Below, piece by piece: positions 57,614 to 64,000 of a stretch of 64,000 bases of DNA. The stretch spans positions 2,044,133 through 2,108,132 of the forward strand of contig CAXXNM010000003.1 in NCBI GenBank assembly GCA_963674675.2. The letters are read 5' to 3'. The DNA is from Desulfobacteraceae bacterium. Its GTDB lineage: Bacteria; Desulfobacterota; Desulfobacteria; Desulfobacterales; Desulfobacteraceae. A program made the translations under genes and the position numbers. The notes beneath the pieces were generated by a model. That model ran no database searches, was not told where the DNA came from, and saw only the letters and a program-made list of their open reading frames with translations. Positions within the stretch are counted from its first letter, which is position 1. Every line of letters starts with the position of its first letter.

Positions 57614-58515
57614 GGCACTGGGCTCGAATAATAGAAAAGTCCTTTTCAAATCTCCTGTGCCATGTTTTAATGGAGAGCATGAAAACTCAAATTGCCATAA
57701 AATGCCCCCAATGTTCTTCATCTGATACATCGCCTTATAAAACTTATCAAACAGTTCATAATGGCTCTCGTCAATTACTACTTTGTCAAAGTTGCAACAC
57801 CTGTTTTTCGGAAACCAGCAACACGCCTATGGAATATTTGAAATCACCACTCAGTAAGGTTGCCTTGGCCTTGAAGCTTCGAAGTGAAGGAATGGGCCTT
57901 TGAGCCACTGGACGGGTGTTACAATCCCAAAAGAACACAATATCCGGGTGGGAAAAACTGTTTGTAGAACAAAAAGACACATTGATGCTATATGCCTTTT
58001 GCCATGAATTCATTTCCCTCACGTTCGAGGGGGATGAGCTGTACACCATAGTGAACCAACGCAGTGAGCCTGCTGATTCCCATGGATGGACAGCGGTTAT
58101 TATGGACCGAACCAGCCGATTTATTGTAGACCAAAGATGTGGCAGGAAAGACGCATCCTTATTTAAGTCAGTTATGGAGAACGTCTGCAAATTCATTGGC
58201 TGCACGAATGATTTGTCATTCCTGTCCGATGGTGAAAGACGGTATGGCAACATTTTATTTGAGTTGTGTTCAGAAGTCTTGCGAACCGGCAAACGTGGAC
58301 GTCCAGCCCATGCCCTTCCAAAAGGTGTACGGGTTCGTGTCAAAAACAAGGGGAGCCAAAAACACAAAAGAAGACGCAAACGCCCTAAATATCAGTCTCC
58401 TCAAAAGGAACACCCTGAAACGAATCAGGACTTACCACAGCCGGAAATACATGCAAATTATGTTGAAGCCCAGTGCCGAAGTGTTTTGTTGTGGACAATA
58501 CTGTATGTTAATTGA
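57614..58515 (+). mobile_element. IS1-family insertion sequence, 3'-truncated (no right inverted repeat)
   Basis: The left terminus 'ggcactgggctcg' is shared with MITE-B. Carries a zinc-finger/HTH/DDE transposase frame. Homology ends abruptly about 20 nt before hicA. Confidence 0.7.
57670..58515 (+). pseudogene. IS1-family transposase interrupted by an in-frame TGA and truncated at the C-terminus
   Basis: 'CPQCSSSD..LLLCQSCNTCF' then 'RSEGMGL*ATGRVLQSQKNTISGWEK', with the TGA at 57901-57903 in the same frame as the 57916 ORF. 'GDELYTIVNQ', 'WTAVIMDRTSRFIV' and 'SDGERRYGN' follow. Confidence 0.75.
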
Positions 58516-58533
58516 TCTATAAATTCAAAGACT

Positions 58534-58755
58534 TCAAGTTGTGATAAGCTCTTCCGCAGTAAGTCCAATGTCTTTAGCAATTTGCCTGAGCAAAATCGGG
58601 GAAATATCCCTTCCAGAGTGGAATGGAATCGTTGTGCCACGTCCATCTGGATGCCGAAATTGCTTGTGGGAACCGCGCTGACGAATTTCCTGAAAACCAA
58701 GCTGTATCAAAATAGAAACAACTTCTTTCGGTTTGAGAACTGGAAGATTGCCCAT
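58534..58755 (-). CDS. hicA: HicA-family mRNA interferase toxin
   Basis: 'LKPKEVVSILIQLGFQEIRQRGSHKQFRHPDGRGTTIPFHSGRDISPILLRQIAKDIGL'. Confidence 0.9.
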   Translation of the reverse strand: MGNLPVLKPKEVVSILIQLGFQEIRQRGSHKQFRHPDGRGTTIPFHSGRDISPILLRQIAKDIGLTAEELITT

Positions 58756-58756
58756 C

Positions 58757-58966
58757 TTATGCCACCATGACAGTCTGTGTGCCTACGAATTCGGCTTCAA
58801 GTTTGGGGATGCCATCTTCAAGGAGCATCTCAATAACTTCTTTCAAATTTATGTTCAGTTCATCCAAAGTTTCTCCCTGAGTATGAGCACCTGGGAACCC
58901 TGGAACAAAGCCCACATAAAGACCAGTATCAGAACATCTTTCTACGATTGCTGTAAATATTTTCAT
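58757..58966 (-). CDS. hicB: HicB-family antitoxin (short form)
   Basis: 'MKIFTAIVERCSDTGLYVGFVPGFPGAHTQGETLDELNINLKEVIEMLLEDG'. Lies 1 nt upstream of hicA. Confidence 0.85.
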   Translation of the reverse strand: MKIFTAIVERCSDTGLYVGFVPGFPGAHTQGETLDELNINLKEVIEMLLEDGIPKLEAEFVGTQTVMVA

Positions 58967-59069
58967 GGTATGCTTCCTTGTTTATTCCATCTATTGCCAT
59001 AAAGCGGGACACCCAATAAAATAAGGGGTATCAGGAATATCTTTGATAAATAAACAAATCACTTTTCAC

Positions 59070-61049
59070 TGGAGGTTTAATTTCCAGTAATATCCGAAAG
59101 GATCATCAGGATAAGTAAACCTGTCGCTGAACTCACCTGCCGCGCCAACAGCTTTCGGACAAACCGCTCCCGTTCTCGCGGTCAGGTTCCGGGTAGAAGC
59201 ACCGGTTACCCGGCGCTCCCCCCCACAGACCCGTACGATTGAGTAGAAGTGCCAGTCACCTGACACAACCCTCGTTAGAACCCATCGTGCCCTATTAAGG
59301 CAATAGGCTCATGATCTATCCTTATAAGTATCATAATTTCATCAGAAAAATTTGTTGCAAATCCGAACCCTTGGCGGGGGATATATCCGCATGTACTTTG
59401 CAAATTGTTCATACGTCATTGAACGCTTCTTGACTGCGCCTGTTTAGCCATTTCAAAAATATGCGTATTGATTTCCCTATAAATCGGCGTACCGATTTGG
59501 TGTTAAAGGATACTCCATAGTATTGAATATGACCACGCAATTTAGAACAAAATTGCGCCCATAGTTACCGCTGCCTGAATTTATTTCGATTTTCCCTACA
59601 CCATTGATTGACACATTTGAGTTTGATACGAATTTTTTTGCCGCTGCTTTTCACTTTGGCAATCGTACGACCTCGCTTACTCAATCCAAGATAGAATGTG
59701 AATCCAAGAAAGTCAAAGACACCACTCTTCCAGTGATTGTTCCGGTTAAACCCGACAGTATGGGTCTTTTCTTCGTTGAGTTTAAGTTTGTACTTTTCCA
59801 TTCGCTTCCCGATTACTCTCAAAATTCGCTTGGTGTCATAGCTATTCTCACAGCAAATGACCGCCTCATCGGCGTATCTAAATATTGACACTTTGCCTCT
59901 ACAGTGGAGTTTGACTATCTTTGTAAACCAATCATCCAGGGCAATGTGGGCAAAAATATTGGCAAGTACCGGACTACAAACTGATCCTTGTGGAACACCT
60001 TCGTCACTGACAATAAACTTGTCATTATCCAGTATACCTGCCTTTAATAATCGTTTAACGTAACGCAAAAATCTTTAATCTTGGATCTTCTCCGACAGTA
60101 TCTCCATAAGCAACTCATGGTCAATCGTACCAAAAAAATTTGATAGATCCAAATCAATGATCTTATCAACCTGGTTATTGTAAAAATATTTGTGCGGTGC
60201 TCTAATTGCATAATGGCATCCTCTACGATCCCGAAAAGGTCATGGAACGCTGCCCATCTATCGCGTTACATGATGTTGTTTTCTGATTCTTCAATATCAT
60301 CAGCCCTCCCAAATTATGAGAATAACGGGACTCAATCACTTCAACCATGCGGCTTCCGGTCTACAGACTCTCTGCCTACGCTTAACGAGTTCAGTTACCC
60401 GAAAACTCGCTCAAGGCTCGATATTCAATGTGCTGGGTCAGCACTTTTGAGACTGGACTTTCACCAGTAAGATGTAATTACGCTTCGTGGCGAACTCAAG
60501 ATTTCCCTCATACGGTTCTTCGGCTCAGATTCTTTTACCGAATCTTCGACCGGACAGGCGACACCCCCCCGTCCGGCGCACAACTTTGCTTCCCATAGTG
60601 CAAATTTGCTGAATGTCTGGTTATATGGTTTGTGATCTCAGAGTATCTTCCATAATTCTTTCCAGCAAAACGTTATACCCTGATTCTCCTTTCCTACAGT
60701 GGGTCGCTTTGGGTTCCACTTCCCCACCTTCTCATTCTATAGATTAATAGAACATCGGTAGTATGATCCGCTAAGACTTCCAGAAGTCCATCCCAGGTTC
60801 GTTCGCTATTAACTATCCTCACCTGATACCTTATGTATGCGCTTGAACTGTCTTAATCAGTGGCTGGCTCAAGCATCTGTGCCACTGCAGAAGATCCCCT
60901 TTCGGAACTAATCTCCTGACTTTTGCATAAGGAAACATCTGGATATCCCAAGTTCCCGAGCTACCCCCTTGAAAACATGCCCTGGTCTAAGACACCGATG
61001 GTTTCCTGATCATTTGCCATATCACAATCAGGATTGCTGCCTTCCGCAC
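59070..61049 (-). mobile_element. degenerate group II intron (5' boundary uncertain, could extend to about 61440)
   Basis: Stop-rich, helix-rich RNA region. An RT/maturase frame with group II motifs lies inside it. A candidate 5' GUGCG is at 61049-61045 (minus strand). The 3' region contains a 'ccgg-guaa-ccgg' GNRA hairpin. Confidence 0.7.
59340..60300 (-). pseudogene. group II intron reverse transcriptase/maturase, inactivated
   Basis: 'FRDRRGCHYAI', 'IIDLDLSNFFGTIDHELL', 'GVPQGSVCSPVLANIF', 'FRYADEAVI' and 'LGFTF'. Maturase 'LRGHIQYYGVS..FLKWLNRRSQ'. In-frame stops: a TGA about 5 codons before 'FRDRRG' (near 60245), TAA 60075-60077, a TAA after 'FRQR' (59565-59567) and a TGA after 'AFNDV'. 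RT domains upstream of 'FRDRRG' are missing. Confidence 0.8.
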
Positions 61050-61487
61050 ACTCCATTACGTCGGCTTTCACATCATATACAGATGTATATGAGACTATCC
61101 TAAATCGACCATAACCATACATTTTTCGGTATTCAATACAGAGCCTACTTCCTTGATCCATCCAGCTTCAGACTCCCGTTTCCAGGTTTACCTGTGGATT
61201 TTACTACTGACCTGTTGGCTAAACTTTGGTCAGGTGGGACTTCCGCAGTCTGTATGGCTCAACGTCAGAGCAAGCTCTACAAGGAGACTTACTATACAGA
61301 CCATTCTCCCAAACGCTAAGGCAAGCCTTGCAGATGGGCAGATGATTTCTCACGTACGGTCACCCACTGGATAACGATATCAAATTTCAAAGATCATAAT
61401 TGACCTCATTCCAATGATTCGGATTTAGCTTGGCACGAGGAACGTAATGTTGTACAAATTTTTATCGATAACCTTCCATAAACCTGC

Positions 61488-63155
61488 TTAATTTGTGCCA
61501 AGATCTTTGAGTTCAAGAGTTACCGGCTCAGAGCCTGTAAGCTCCAGATCAAGCCAATACATCGTTGACCCTCCATTAAAACAGGGAACATGCAGGGTGT
61601 TAGAAAAGACATCAAATGTAGAACAATTATCTGTATTTTCAGATGAGGTATCGTCAACCGATCCGCACATATTTGAAGGCTCTTCATAAACAATTTCCCA
61701 GCCTTTCGGCACATCACAAGGTGTAGAAAACATTACCCAGCAGCCGGTTTCAGGGGGTTGCGCATATGTAACCACTTGCGTACATTCCGTTTCTCCTTCA
61801 CATTCTGTCTGACCATGATGTTCCATAGTAAAATTGGCATCCCCACCTGCAATTCCATCTGTATCACCATCTATAGACCTATTTCCACCTACGCTTAACA
61901 CAGTATCTTTGATTGTTATATAATATTTGTCATTAAGTAAAATTTTCCCAAAAACAATAAGCATAAATTGAGTATTACTACCTACTAAACTAAATGCTAT
62001 CTCTTCTCCAATTTCATTTTTGATTTCGATATCCTCATTTGAGAATGTGACACGCTCATTCCAAAGAATCCTTACCGTGTCTACTCCTTCATCCCCTGAA
62101 TGCACATCATCATTCTCAACTTTAGGTTCTCTCATTACGATTGATGGCCCTACAGTGACAGTGTTTTGTCTTATCCTATAAATACCATTTTCGTCTGATA
62201 CAAACATATGTTCCCCATCAGCACTCACTGATATTGACTCAATATTAGTAAATCCATAAGCGAATTCTTTGTGTATGCCATCAGGCGTTACTGTCATTAT
62301 TGCTTCAGAAATCCTATCTGTAACATAAAGCATTTCGCCAAACGATCCACCATTACTAAATGCCATATCACGATAAGCACGTACTGATGTACTCACAGGT
62401 GTACTTAATTCAATCCAAGCTAAATCTGATGATAGCTGATAAATTACTGTTTTATCATCATGATTAGGATCTGTATCAATCATTGTTAAATATGAACCAT
62501 ACAAACTTGTTGGATCAAAATCCATACTCTTTATATCCAAATCGGTTCTACCAGCAGGAAGTAAATTTTGGGATAATTTTGTAAAATCAAATTCGCTATC
62601 CATATAATAAAAGCTTGTACCATCAGAGACATGTGCATCCTCAAGAGATATACCGCTATTATAATTATTGGAGGCATTTGAGAATGCGAACCTAAAAACT
62701 AATTTATCTGAATTGTTACCAATAAAAGCTTTTATATCCACCTCTCCATTTGGCAACACTTCAACAATATTAGTTTTTTCTAAATCATCATCATTATCAA
62801 TAGTTTCATTTACGCTCAAATATAAATTGTTTGAATATAAGCCTGTATTATCAAATTTTACACTATACACTTCAGCTCCGGCTCCACGTGTTGCAAAACC
62901 AGACTTAGTTCCCAAAATATCTATAGATGATTGAGATAAACGTCGAACTATAAGAATTCCGTTTTCAATAGAGGCAGCAATAACACCAAAGCCATATTCA
63001 TAATTGGTAATAGCTGTTAAAATAGGTATTTGTCCATCAGTTTGGTTCATCAACTTATCAATCATAAAATCTTCTGGAACAATAACGTCAGCCTGCGTAT
63101 TTGAAATAGATAGAAATACAATCAACATTAACTATAGAATAATTAATTTTTTCAT
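61488..63155 (-). CDS. secreted hypothetical protein with Ig-like/'DGDTDG' region; signal peptide interrupted by an in-frame TAG
   Basis: ORF 61488..63128. The upstream in-frame 'ATG AAA AAA TTA ATT ATT CTA TAG TTA ATG' has a good 'aaggga' RBS. The body contains 'SIDGDTDGIAGGDANF'. Confidence 0.5.
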
Positions 63156-63675
63156 TCTTTTCCCTTTTATGCGAAACGTTTTATACCATAAGCCACAGCA
63201 AAAATTCCCATTTCACTTTCGGAATTGATATTTTAGGCTAGCAACTCATCATTAAAATTCATTTAAAATCAGTTTGGTTTCAACAAATCCTCATAAAAAC
63301 ACGACAGCCAAGGGCTCACAACGGTGTATCTTTTAATATGTACCTCCAATAAATTTTTGTACAACGTCAAAATCATCGGCGCGGCTTTTTGCGTCCGCTG
63401 GATTTTTTTTGTTATGTGGTATTTTCAATGTTTGGTTTCTATTGACAATAATTCCATTGACTATTATTTTCAATAACTTCAACATTGATCCGGTATCGTC
63501 AACTTTTTTTAACCTTTGAAACTTATTACTACAGCGACACTTTTACTGGAAACACTTATTTGAATACATTTCAATGGAACAAATGTTGAATATTCTAGTA
63601 GGGGAATACATGATTTTTCATGTTAAAACACGAAGTATCGCTGTAGTGTTATGCATAGGATAATTATGTACAACT

Positions 63676-64000
63676 CTATAGATTATCCTCATCCAGCACC
63701 TCGCGAAGCTTGATTGCCAAATCCTTTTTTGAAAACGGTTTCTGAATAAATTGAACGCCTTCATCCAATACACCTTGGTGGGCGATCACATTTGTTGTAT
63801 ACCCGGACATAAACAATAGTTTGAGGTTCGAATAAACTGACAATATGTTTCTAGCCAAATCCCGGCCGTTCATCTCGGGCATCACCACGTCGGTCATGAG
63901 CAGATGAATCTCACCGGCGTGTTCATGGGCAAGAGCGATGGCTGCCCCCGGGGTGCCAGCAGCAATAACTTTGTATCCCATCCGTTCAAGCATCATCCGA
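63676..64000 (-). CDS. response-regulator receiver domain (C-terminal end of a gene whose start lies beyond the window)
   Basis: 'HLLMTDVVMPEMNGRDLA', 'LLFMSGYT' and 'FIQKPFSKKDL'. Frame is open to the window edge. Confidence 0.85.
   Translation of the reverse strand, partial: RMMLERMGYKVIAAGTPGAAIALAHEHAGEIHLLMTDVVMPEMNGRDLARNILSVYSNLKLLFMSGYTTNVIAHQGVLDEGVQFIQKPFSKKDLAIKLREVLDEDNL

Noticed and set aside
57901-57903. Selenocysteine or programmed read-through at the in-frame TGA of the IS1 transposase; likewise pyrrolysine at the TAG at 63132.
   Set aside because: No SECIS-like hairpin immediately downstream that I could draw. The gene classes are not known to use recoding. Both contexts are better explained by nonsense mutation or sequence error.
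59066-59266. 66-aa ORF in the intron 3' region.
   Set aside because: It coincides with the conserved structured segment that is duplicated at 56894-56987. It has no RBS and is Gly/Arg-rich from GC-rich hairpins.
61443-63366. Inverted 'TTTGTACAAC' motifs flanking the 61488..63155 gene (61450-61462 and 63350-63366), as possible cassette boundaries.
   Set aside because: Only about 10 nt match. The core TGTACA is itself palindromic and the context is A/T-rich. This is compatible with chance.
63375-63412. Orphan terminator-like 'gcggctttttgcgtccgc' plus a T8 run on the plus strand, hinting at a small RNA.
   Set aside because: The stem is only about 4 bp with a 10-nt loop. There is no upstream promoter or conserved sequence to support an sRNA.

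Overview
This window looks like a chromosomal segment from a deltaproteobacterium of the sulfate-reducer (Desulfobacterales) type; that assignment is inferred from gene content only. About 45 protein genes can be supported. They include chemotaxis receptors, shikimate and tryptophan-related enzymes, uvrA, a PiT phosphate transporter, pepA, azlCD, a Zn/Mn-type ABC pair, ccdA plus a thioredoxin-like protein, a class III cyclase, an HDOD protein and a CoA-disulfide-reductase-like flavoprotein. I saw no rRNA, tRNA or CRISPR array.

Three things stand out:
1. A six-gene minus-strand cluster at 16.2-27.6 kb looks more A+T-rich than its flanks by eye. It encodes a VTC (polyphosphate-polymerase-like) domain protein, a DUF4956 membrane protein, a membrane-anchored propeller-like protein, a secreted CotH-family kinase, a 1,184-aa secreted protein with an N-terminal CX5R tyrosine phosphatase, and a 1,005-aa secreted PQQ-like propeller protein. 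It sits next to a decayed glycosyltransferase gene. This is my best candidate for an uncharacterised system.
2. The intergenic space is saturated with at least three MITE-like repeat families plus GC-rich REP-like hairpins. One MITE family shares its terminus with an IS1-like element in the window.
3. A decaying mobile mosaic lies at 56.6-61.5 kb. It holds yefM-yoeB, a nonsense-mutated and 3'-truncated IS1-like element, hicAB and a degenerate group II intron, bracketed by inverted copies of an intron-derived segment.

All domain calls come from motif recognition by eye. No searches were run.
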